Positions 48,503 through 56,337 of a stretch of 64,000 nt of DNA are shown piece after piece. The translations under genes and the position numbers were made by a program. The DNA comes from an uncultured Candidatus Saccharibacteria bacterium (lineage in GTDB: Bacteria; Patescibacteriota; Minisyncoccia; Phycocordibacterales; UBA12088). The notes beneath the pieces were generated by a model. The model saw only the letters and a list, made by a program, of their open reading frames with translations, was not told where the DNA came from and did not search any database. The stretch spans positions 64,894 to 128,893 of the forward strand of contig CAYPKR010000002.1 of NCBI GenBank assembly GCA_964411375.1, given 5' to 3'. Every line of letters starts with the position of its first letter. The stretch's first letter is position 1.

Positions 48503-49054
48503 TTATTCAGCTATTTCTGTTTCTTTTTTCTTCAGAAGCTCTTCAAGATTTTTATTTCCCTGATCAATGAATTTCTGCATTTCCTCCTTACCACGAAACT
48601 TATCATCCTCGCTCATCTCTCCATCTTTCTGTTTTTTCTGAATGTCATTCCATACTTCGTCACGCGCACCGCGGATAGTAATGCGCGCATCTTCAAGTTT
48701 TGCTTTTGCAAGCTTCATAAGTGAAGCTCTGCGCTCACTAGTGAGATCAGGAAACGAGACGCGGACACCTTTGTCATCAACCGATACCGAGACACCAAGA
48801 TTTGCGGCGGTAATCGCTTTTTCAACTTCTTTTATCTGTGACTGATCCCAGGGAGATACGCGGATCGTGCGTGCGTCTTCGATACCGACCGTACCAACCT
48901 GATTTATTGGAAGGCGTGAGCCGTAGGATTCAACTTTAATATTGTCGAGAATTGCGGGGGTTGCGCGACCAGTTCTGATGGAGGCGAATTCCCGCTTCAA
49001 CCATTCTTCAGTTTCCGCGATATTTTTCTTAAGCGATCCAAAATCGTATACCAT
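48503..49054 (-). CDS. frr: ribosome recycling factor
   Basis: IRTGRA..LDNIKVE..VSPWD consensus. Confidence 0.95.
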   Translation of the reverse strand: MVYDFGSLKKNIAETEEWLKREFASIRTGRATPAILDNIKVESYGSRLPINQVGTVGIEDARTIRVSPWDQSQIKEVEKAITAANLGVSVSVDDKGVRVSFPDLTSERRASLMKLAKAKLEDARITIRGARDEVWNDIQKKQKDGEMSEDDKFRGKEEMQKFIDQGNKNLEELLKKKETEIAE

Positions 49055-49090
49055 GTTATCGCTTATAGTAGCGTATAAGTTGTTTTATAC

Positions 49091-49117
49091 AAAAAAACGG
49101 CGCCTGTGAGGGCGCCA
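49091..49117 (-). terminator. intrinsic terminator on the minus strand
   Basis: ggcgcc-tgtgag-ggcgcc hairpin followed on the minus strand by gttttttt. Confidence 0.7.
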
Positions 49118-49645
49118 AATCGAATGGGAGGAAACGCTGCTCAACCACAAAGACGGGCTGATGGTCTTGTAGTCAAGCAATACAAAGGGAGGTAGAGGAA
49201 CGAACTGCTTACGTCACGATTACTCCTACAAATGGAGTTGATCCTGAACCGCTTCCAGGACCTTCGAAAGCGACTATACCCTACGGAAATAATTTGTCAA
49301 AGAAATTAAAAACGCCTCGCCATTCAAATGAATGTCGAGGACGTTGGTGGGAGGGGTTACCGTTGGCAACCACCTTCCTCCCTGATCACCGTTCTTTAAA
49401 ACCGGGCCGGAGGTGGATTCAGCACCTACGGAAATCCGGTGAACTGCAGAGGGCTTGATGCGCCCTCAATCTTGAGCGAAGTGGGGCTTATAGCCCCGAG
49501 CGGCCGTAAGGGTCTATTCGGCGGTACTAATCGGACGTCTCCCTGAGGAACTTCCCCGCTTGGCCGATCATTGGAGCCGCGTCGTGCCGGCATCCAACTG
49601 GCTGATGGAAAATTAACATGATATCAAAAATTTGTCAATAGCACT
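49095..49645 (-). ncRNA. candidate large structured ncRNA (class unassigned; no RNase P or tmRNA hallmark found)
   Basis: About 550 nt of GC-rich sequence with no ORF of 60 aa or more in any of six frames, in a gene-dense AT-richer genome. It ends at a minus-strand intrinsic terminator. Many local helices, e.g. GGGGCUAUAAGCCCC. Confidence 0.35.
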
Positions 49646-49691
49646 CTTTTATTTACATTTGATTGGACAGATGTCCCATATTTGAGTCGGA

Positions 49692-50348
49692 TTACGGGAG
49701 TGCAAGAGCAACATATTCCAAAAGTTGTTTGACCGACGATCCTGGATCACGAATATATCGCTCGGCAAGCAACACGGCTTCGAGTGATTGCTTTTTTGCT
49801 TCGCTACTTCCCTTCCCTTGATGAATAGTGGCCTCCAAACTTGATAGAAACGCGACTGCCTTTGCTTTATCTTTTTCATCCGCGAGTTTCTTACCCATTT
49901 CCAACCGCGCATCAATTTTTGCTGAAAGGAATGAAGAAACGTCAAGGGTTTCTTGACTCTTCATGGTGATCACTTCGACTCGTGAGCGGACGGTCGGGAG
50001 GAATACTTCGGGAGAATACGCGAGAAGGAAAAAATGCACATCTTTCGGCGGTTCTTCAAGAAGTTTGAGAAGTGCGTTTTGAGCTTCTCTTGTTATCGAG
50101 GGGATTCCAAGAATAAAAATTCTTCTCGAACCAAATGGCGCAAGATACGCAAGCTCTTTTATCTCGCGCGCTTCATCAACGCCGAAGGTGTCGAAGATTT
50201 TCTGGTAGTAATCAGGGTGATTTAATCCGATCTCAAGAGTCTCGACTGAAAATGTGGCAACTTCACTCGCCAGAGATTCGATATCACCGACAATTACATA
50301 GGCGTGGTGGAGCGTATTGTTTTCAAATCGGCTTCGGAGGATTTCCAT
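49692..50348 (-). CDS. holB: DNA polymerase III delta-prime-like clamp-loader subunit (AAA+, degenerate P-loop)
   Basis: NALLKLLEEPP..HFFLL and LPTVRSRVEVI (sensor 2/SRC-like) motifs. No intact GxxGxGKT. Confidence 0.6.
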   Translation of the reverse strand: MEILRSRFENNTLHHAYVIVGDIESLASEVATFSVETLEIGLNHPDYYQKIFDTFGVDEAREIKELAYLAPFGSRRIFILGIPSITREAQNALLKLLEEPPKDVHFFLLAYSPEVFLPTVRSRVEVITMKSQETLDVSSFLSAKIDARLEMGKKLADEKDKAKAVAFLSSLEATIHQGKGSSEAKKQSLEAVLLAERYIRDPGSSVKQLLEYVALALP

Positions 50349-50433
50349 ATGGTAAGAATACTAAAGATATACACGTCAGAGAAATTGACATCCTTGTTCA
50401 AAGTAGTATTGTCGAAATTGAAAGGAGATGACT

Positions 50434-50550
50434 ATGTCGGGCTACGATACTCTGCCTACCGAGGAGGTTCGGTTGCTGTCTACGGGACAGGCACGAGGAG
50501 TGATCGCCCTGCTGATCATCGGAGTATTGCTCCTCTACCACTTCGCCTAG
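50434..50550 (+). CDS. tiny hydrophobic protein (38 aa), Shine-Dalgarno-preceded
   Basis: AGGAG sits 6 nt upstream of the ATG. MSGYDTLPTEEVRLLSTGQARGVIALLIIGVLLLYHFA has one TM helix. GC-rich patch. Confidence 0.3.
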   Translation: MSGYDTLPTEEVRLLSTGQARGVIALLIIGVLLLYHFA

Positions 50551-50560
50551 GAGGAGTTCC

Positions 50561-50668
50561 ATGGCACGGGCGATAGTAGTTCTTAAAGAACCCCTGACTG
50601 TATATGTCTCGGGATTCCTCATCTTGGCAGGATGCCTGATTCGGACGTTCTATGCGCTTCCGATCTGA
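50561..50668 (+). CDS. tiny hydrophobic protein (35 aa), Shine-Dalgarno-preceded
   Basis: GGAGG upstream. MARAIVVLKEPLTVYVSGFLILAGCLIRTFYALPI. Immediately followed by a terminator. Confidence 0.3.
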   Translation: MARAIVVLKEPLTVYVSGFLILAGCLIRTFYALPI

Positions 50669-50677
50669 CAGCCGAAT

Positions 50678-50715
50678 GGCGCGGTTCCTCTTGGGGCCGC
50701 GCCTTTCCTTTTCTT
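50678..50715 (+). terminator. intrinsic terminator
   Basis: ggcgcgg-N12-ccgcgcc-tttccttttctt. Confidence 0.7.
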
Positions 50716-50732
50716 CATGCTATTTTCAGAAA

Positions 50733-53513
50733 TTATTTAGCGGGAATAGTTGGCGGAGGTTCAGGCTTACGAAATCGCTCCATAACTTCTGCTTCCACCT
50801 CGGCACGTGGTCGTCCAAAACGTTGATATGATCCTTGGCGGAGCATTTCTACCTGCCCCATATCGGTTGGAGCTGGCGCATTTGTCTGAATATTAAACGG
50901 CGAAGTTGGTTTACCATTTGCAAGAATACGGATGTACGCATTTCGATTGTCGACATTCATAAGATCATGCGCGGTAAATGTCGGTTCAAATTGTTTTTCC
51001 AAAAATGTTGCGTCATCTGGACCGACACGAAAGACTGCCATCGATCCGACGTTGCCGAAGACCGCATTTCGAATATCTTCGTCAATCTGCGCGATGAATT
51101 GGTGCGCGACGGTGAGCCCGAGTTTGTATTTGCGCGCTTCCGAGAGAATAGTCGCGATCGAATCAGTGGTGATATTTTGAAATTCGTCGATATAGAGATA
51201 AAACGGTGGGAGCGTTTGACCGTTTCCAACTGCGTCGACACGAGAAAGTGCTGCCATCAAAATCTTGCCGACCAAAATGAGTCCGATCAAATTGGCGTTG
51301 ATGTCGCCGAGCCTCCCCTTTGAGAGATTCACGAGGAGAATTTTCCGTTCATCCATCACTTCGCGGAAGCGGAACGCAGACTTTTCCTGCGCAATTATTG
51401 GACGCATGTAATCGTTTGCCGTGAATACATCGAATTTGTTGGTGATATACGGCACGATATTTGCGAGTGATGCTTCGCCCTGTGCCTTACTTGCAATTTC
51501 TTGCCAGAATTGATTGATAACTGGATTTTTTGAACGAGAAAGTTTGAGCATTCGAAATCTCGAATCAGCAAGAACACGCGAGACGTCGAGAAGTGTCGCA
51601 CCACTTGCCGGATCTTCAAGAACTAACGTCGTCGCATTTCGGAAATACTGCTCAAACGCAGGTCCCATCGATTCAGGAACCGCGCCATAGAGTTTGCGGA
51701 AAATAGAAAAGAGTTCGTTCACGACAAATGTTTTCTGCTCAGGAAAGCGCTGATCAAACTCGAGCATGTTGAGACCCATGACGCGATCAAGGTATGCGGG
51801 ATCAAAATAGATCACATCTTTATGACGCTCACGAGGCACTGACGCCAAAATATCTTGCACGTCGCTTCCGTGCGGATCGATAAAGCAAACGCCATTCCCC
51901 TCTTTGATATCCTGCACGATCATATTTTTGAGGAGCGTCGTTTTTCCGGTTCCGGTTTGTCCGATTACATACAGATGTCTGAGGCGATCTTCTGCGGTCA
52001 AATACGCTTTAGTATCGACTCCACGGAAGTTATTGGTACCAAGCAGTGTTCCGTCAGTTGCGAGACTCAGCGGTGCTGCAACCGAACCCGATTTTGCTTG
52101 TTTGAATTCTGGTGAGAGAAATGTTTCCTTCGCCGGAAAATGAATGAGCGATGCGATTTCACGGTATGAAAGAACCGATGCTTCGCTCGGTGAAAATTCA
52201 CGAAAGGTAAATTGATTGAGAAGTGTGCGATATGCACCTCCACGCTCCACTCGACTCCATTCGATGTGATTGCTTCCCGTTTCTGCAAATTGACCGAAGC
52301 TTGATTCGATATCGCGAAGCATCTCTTCACTACGCGCTTTTGAATCAGAAGACGCAAGGAGGCGAATATTGGCGAGCGCGAGCGGTGTTTCGATCTTCTT
52401 TTTGATGAGTTCGATCTTTTCGGTATCGATTGTTTTTTCCTTCTTTTCTTCCTCTTCTTTTTTCTTAGAATCCGCACCGAATAGTGAGCCGGCAAATGAA
52501 TGAATCATATCGGTTACGGGAGATTCGACTGCGCGATACGCATCCTTAAATTTCTCCCCTTTTTCCAAATGGCGGATTATTTCTGCGTAGCGCTTCGAGG
52601 TCATGAGATCTAAGGGCTTCAGTACAAATTGGATTGCGGCGCCTTCGTTGTGCTTCTTTATTTTTGAAAATGCAGAAAGAAGGACATTGAGGGGATCGGT
52701 CTCAAAGGTGTCGTACGTTTTGAGCGGCAATACTGGTTGTTCGGCAAGAGACGCGTGTGAGCCGATTGTAATCCCATTTTGGACAAAAATATTGTAATCA
52801 TTTTTTTCTTCGCGAATATGTCCATGCGGAAAGAGAGAGAGCGCCTGCTTTTCAAAAAGTCCGGCACGGCTCTGCGGGACCGAAACATAAAAAATGATCT
52901 CCTGCGTTCCGTCAGCAACAGCGATTTCAATGGTAAAAATTTCTTGCGCATGGTCGTGCTTGCCTGCGCCACCGAGCATTCCGGCATAAAATTGCTCCAT
53001 CGCGCTAATGAGTTCTTTGAAATTCTTTTCCGCACCATCGTCAGACTTGGTCGGAAATGTAATTTCATAGAGTGTCATCCGAAGATCTTCCGCGAGAGGC
53101 GTTTTTTCCGCAAGACCAGGAACCACATTTCCTTCTTTCAGAAATTCTATGAGCAGTCGGTGAAAATCGTCAGTTAAATGGGGATTATTTAAATTTTGAA
53201 CAACCGAGAGCGCATTTTTTACTCCCTTTTCAAACATGATTCCCATGAGCTCGCCCATGAATGCATCATCGCTTTCTGGCGGAAGATCAAGTGTCACCGC
53301 TCGTTGGTCAGCTTCAGTAAATTGATATTCAGGAGTGAGTACAGCGCTTGGAGTGACAGCGTGGTATTCCGAAATAACTTCTTGTGCAGCGGTATTCTCC
53401 GATTCAAAATGATTACTCTCGCCGAGTGCGCGTTCTCGTTCTGCGATTTCTTTTCGCAAATACTGAATTTCCTCCTCCGGTGAGGAAAATTTCGACTGCG
53501 CCTCGTATTCCAT
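50733..53513 (-). CDS. TraG/TraD/VirD4-family (type IV coupling-protein-like) P-loop ATPase with a ~470-aa N-terminal region of unknown function and no TM anchor
   Basis: Walker A GQTGTGKTT. Walker B LYIDEFQN. The C-terminal block KYKLGLTVAHQFIAQIDEDIRNAVFGNVGSMAVFRVGPDDATFLEKQF matches the TraG-D C-terminal domain consensus. Confidence 0.7.
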   Translation of the reverse strand: MEYEAQSKFSSPEEEIQYLRKEIAERERALGESNHFESENTAAQEVISEYHAVTPSAVLTPEYQFTEADQRAVTLDLPPESDDAFMGELMGIMFEKGVKNALSVVQNLNNPHLTDDFHRLLIEFLKEGNVVPGLAEKTPLAEDLRMTLYEITFPTKSDDGAEKNFKELISAMEQFYAGMLGGAGKHDHAQEIFTIEIAVADGTQEIIFYVSVPQSRAGLFEKQALSLFPHGHIREEKNDYNIFVQNGITIGSHASLAEQPVLPLKTYDTFETDPLNVLLSAFSKIKKHNEGAAIQFVLKPLDLMTSKRYAEIIRHLEKGEKFKDAYRAVESPVTDMIHSFAGSLFGADSKKKEEEEKKEKTIDTEKIELIKKKIETPLALANIRLLASSDSKARSEEMLRDIESSFGQFAETGSNHIEWSRVERGGAYRTLLNQFTFREFSPSEASVLSYREIASLIHFPAKETFLSPEFKQAKSGSVAAPLSLATDGTLLGTNNFRGVDTKAYLTAEDRLRHLYVIGQTGTGKTTLLKNMIVQDIKEGNGVCFIDPHGSDVQDILASVPRERHKDVIYFDPAYLDRVMGLNMLEFDQRFPEQKTFVVNELFSIFRKLYGAVPESMGPAFEQYFRNATTLVLEDPASGATLLDVSRVLADSRFRMLKLSRSKNPVINQFWQEIASKAQGEASLANIVPYITNKFDVFTANDYMRPIIAQEKSAFRFREVMDERKILLVNLSKGRLGDINANLIGLILVGKILMAALSRVDAVGNGQTLPPFYLYIDEFQNITTDSIATILSEARKYKLGLTVAHQFIAQIDEDIRNAVFGNVGSMAVFRVGPDDATFLEKQFEPTFTAHDLMNVDNRNAYIRILANGKPTSPFNIQTNAPAPTDMGQVEMLRQGSYQRFGRPRAEVEAEVMERFRKPEPPPTIPAK

Positions 53514-53660
53514 GCTCTGTATTATAGCTTGTGCAAGTGGAAATATTATTAATGAATGAATTGCTTTGTGAATAGCACAATAAACTACTTGTCAGCGCCA
53601 TTCATGCGATGTAATAGTAATAAAAGATCGGCGATGGGCGCCGACAGTACGGAGGTTGCT

Positions 53661-54278
53661 ATGTGCAGATACTCTCTTGAGCACGTGAGTTCTCGTGATG
53701 CCCGCCTCGGAGAAACAGTAACCATCGGTCACTCTTCGGCGTACCATGTTCCGGCAATGGTTGGCGACGACAATTGCGTCGTCTGCATCAGGGACGAAAC
53801 ACCCGTCCAGATTAACGGAGCGGTTCCTCCAGGGATTGGGATTACCAGTGGAGATCTTCTCATCTTCACTGAATATGGACTGGAGCACAGTCGCGGGTAT
53901 TACTACGATGGCTTCCGTACAGTGGAAGGGTTGGAGTTCCCCTTCAACGCACTGGCGGAACAACTCAAAGGAAGGGATGTTCACTTCATCGTGGCGCCTG
54001 ATCACGTAACAAAGATCAGCGAAGATCTCGGTGATCCTGTGATAGATCTTGCAATCATTGCCTATGACGCAGCCACAGATGCCATAGGCGAAGGAGTTCG
54101 TGTCGCACGCGAACATGCCGGCACAACCCTCACTGCCCTACTCGTGATTGCAGCATCGATTGGTGGGTTTTCATTCCTACTTCTAGTCGGCCGGTCGCGG
54201 CTTGAGGCGCACGCCGCGGGGACAGGTTCTCCGCGGCGACTTCTTTTTTATCGCTTTGCGATAATGCTCTTCTTGTAG
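53661..54278 (+). CDS. hypothetical GC-rich protein with a C-terminal TM anchor
   Basis: A strong GGAGG Shine-Dalgarno sits 5 nt before the ATG at 53661. 205 aa, with one TM helix in the C-terminal LTALLVIAASIGGFSFLLLV segment. Followed by a terminator hairpin. Confidence 0.45.
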   Translation: MCRYSLEHVSSRDARLGETVTIGHSSAYHVPAMVGDDNCVVCIRDETPVQINGAVPPGIGITSGDLLIFTEYGLEHSRGYYYDGFRTVEGLEFPFNALAEQLKGRDVHFIVAPDHVTKISEDLGDPVIDLAIIAYDAATDAIGEGVRVAREHAGTTLTALLVIAASIGGFSFLLLVGRSRLEAHAAGTGSPRRLLFYRFAIMLFL

Positions 54279-55261
54279 ACATCGAGGTGATCGAGTGCGA
54301 TCCCCGTTCCTTTCACTACGCAGTACGGTGCTTCTTTGGCGAGTACTGCTTTTACTCCCGTGCGGCGCAAAACCAATTCAGGAAAATTACGAAGCTGTGA
54401 CGTGCCACCGGTCATAATGATTCCTCTGTCAATAATATCTGATGCGAGTTCTGGCGGCGTTTCTTGGAGTACGTCTTTAATTGCTTTGATCATTTCACGA
54501 AGATCGCGTGCGATCGCTTTTGCAATTTCGTTGGTATGAACGTCTGCAGTCCGTGGAAGTCCGGAGAGAAGATCACGACCTTTAACGGTCATCACGATCT
54601 CTTCTTCAAGAGGTACCGCACTTCCGACTTCGATCTTTATTCGCTCTGCGGTTTTATCACCGATTGCGAGATTGAATGTTTTCTTTACATAATCCGCAAT
54701 CGCGTGATCGAGCCGATTGCCCGCGCATTTCACTGAAGTCGAGGCGACGATTCCGCCGAGCGAAATCACTGCGACGTCAATCGTGCCCCCTCCAACATCC
54801 GCGATCATGTGTCCGCGCGGTTCGTGAATTGGAATCCCCGCGCCAATCGCGGCCAGGATTGGCTCTTTCACCACGTACGCATTTTTTGCGCCAGCATTCA
54901 CCGCCGCTTCAACAACTGCGCGTCGCTCCGTTGAGGTAACTCCGGCAGGAACCGAAACTAACACGTCGGGACGGAACAGCGTCCACGATCCCATCGCTTT
55001 TCTGATGTAATAGCGAAGCATTGCTTCGGTGACGCGATAATCGGCGATAACGCCATCCTTCATCGGGCGATACGCAATGATTGATTCTGGAGTTCGGCCA
55101 ATCATTTCCTTCGCTTCGTTTCCCACTGCGAGAATTTTGTTGTCGATTTCAGAAACGGCAACGACTGACGGTTCATTGAGCACGATTCCTTTTCCGGGAA
55201 CAAAGACGAGCGTCGTCGTGGTGCCGAGATCAATTCCAAGTTTTTTCGTAAAAAAGGCCAT
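54248..55261 (-). CDS. mreB: MreB paralog (copy 2, actin-like)
   Basis: Full-length canonical MreB (LGIDLGTTTTLVF, DVGGGTID), 337 aa, not linked to mreCD. Confidence 0.88.
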   Translation of the reverse strand: MAFFTKKLGIDLGTTTTLVFVPGKGIVLNEPSVVAVSEIDNKILAVGNEAKEMIGRTPESIIAYRPMKDGVIADYRVTEAMLRYYIRKAMGSWTLFRPDVLVSVPAGVTSTERRAVVEAAVNAGAKNAYVVKEPILAAIGAGIPIHEPRGHMIADVGGGTIDVAVISLGGIVASTSVKCAGNRLDHAIADYVKKTFNLAIGDKTAERIKIEVGSAVPLEEEIVMTVKGRDLLSGLPRTADVHTNEIAKAIARDLREMIKAIKDVLQETPPELASDIIDRGIIMTGGTSQLRNFPELVLRRTGVKAVLAKEAPYCVVKGTGIALDHLDVYKKSIIAKR

Positions 55262-55361
55262 ATAACTTAGGCAGTATACCTGTTTAGCAACAAGTTTGTC
55301 GGTCTTGACAATACATCCAGCAAAGAGTTTGATTATTTACGAAACAAGCGGAGTATACACA

Positions 55362-55475
55362 ATGCCATGCACATGCGAAGCGGATGTGAATGCGATTACT
55401 GGACCCGATGGTCGGCGCACCTGCGGAGGGTGCGGATCGCCGCTTCCTCCGGCAACAGCGCGACCGAAGCAATAA
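55362..55475 (+). CDS. Cys-rich micro-protein (37 aa, CxC...CGGC)
   Basis: GGAG Shine-Dalgarno. MPCTCEADVNAITGPDGRRTCGGCGSPLPPATARPKQ. A terminator follows 8 nt later. GC-rich. Confidence 0.3.
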   Translation: MPCTCEADVNAITGPDGRRTCGGCGSPLPPATARPKQ

Positions 55476-55482
55476 GACGAGA

Positions 55483-55520
55483 GCCGCCCCGAGAATACGG
55501 GGCGGCGATTGTTTTTATTT
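55483..55520. terminator. intrinsic terminator
   Basis: gccgccccg-agaata-cggggcggc-gattgtttttattt. Confidence 0.7.
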
Positions 55521-55784
55521 CGAAAGTAAATCAGCAAGTTCTTGCTCCGACTCCAAAATCTTTGCAAGCGCTTCCCCATCTTTGTTTTGGATTGCCGCCA
55601 TTTTAGAAACGAGATTGACGTGGAGAATCGGCACAATCCACGGATCTTTCTTCAAAAGCGTGGCGAGTGCAGTGAGCTCTTCAGTAGCAACCCCATCAGT
55701 AAGCGCATGAAAAAGCGTTTCTTTTTCACTTGGAAAAATATCCGAATCATCAATAATGCTTTTGATTTCCTGTTTTGAATCCAT
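55515..55784 (-). CDS. hypothetical protein
   Basis: 89 aa, co-directional with the upstream putative lipoprotein gene and murA. Confidence 0.45.
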   Translation of the reverse strand: MDSKQEIKSIIDDSDIFPSEKETLFHALTDGVATEELTALATLLKKDPWIVPILHVNLVSKMAAIQNKDGEALAKILESEQELADLLSK

Positions 55785-55790
55785 AGTTCC

Positions 55791-56327
55791 TTATGCCGCC
55801 GCTCCTTCTCCCGGAACAAACGGTACTTCGAACGTGTGCGTGACCCCGTCTATTTCTACTTGTGCGCCAAGCGTTGCGCCTTCGAATTGCGCAAGCTGTA
55901 CATTTGAAACTCCCGCTTCAGTATTTTCAGAATGAATTTGTCCGTTTTGAATAATAGTGACATTCGAATGACCGAATGGACTACCGCGAACTCCCATCCT
56001 AAATGGCTGTGAAGATAGAGTTCCCGTTGCTCCAACTGATACACCCCGACCCGATCGATTCATCGGTCCCGGATAATTCTGTTCAGAGTACGGAAGACTG
56101 CTTGTTCCATATCCTTGCGAATGCACATGTGCAGAAAATTCAACGTGCGCTCCAGCGCATGCAGAGAGCGTACTGATTGCACCGAGCGCGGCAATCACTC
56201 GAGCATTTCGTCCGAGGCGCTCGCGAAGCCCGTTTTCTTCCCCAACAAAATTATTCCATCGATCACCGAACGCTTCCGATCCTTCCTCATTCGATTCAAC
56301 AATCATCGGCTGGTTTTCTATACTCAT
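55791..56327 (-). CDS. putative lipoprotein of unknown function
   Basis: Lipobox-like signal ...ALGAISTLSAC. Start uncertain; the ORF track extends to 56405, where it would overlap murA. Confidence 0.45.
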   Translation of the reverse strand: MSIENQPMIVESNEEGSEAFGDRWNNFVGEENGLRERLGRNARVIAALGAISTLSACAGAHVEFSAHVHSQGYGTSSLPYSEQNYPGPMNRSGRGVSVGATGTLSSQPFRMGVRGSPFGHSNVTIIQNGQIHSENTEAGVSNVQLAQFEGATLGAQVEIDGVTHTFEVPFVPGEGAAA

Positions 56328-56337
56328 GTGAATATGG

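Noticed and set aside
49055-49690. Calling this region RNase P RNA or tmRNA outright.
   Set aside because: I could not find GGAAAGUCCGG or ACAGAA P4 strands, a 3-prime tRNA-like T-arm plus CCA, or a plausible tag reading frame on either strand. I report it only as an unassigned candidate ncRNA.
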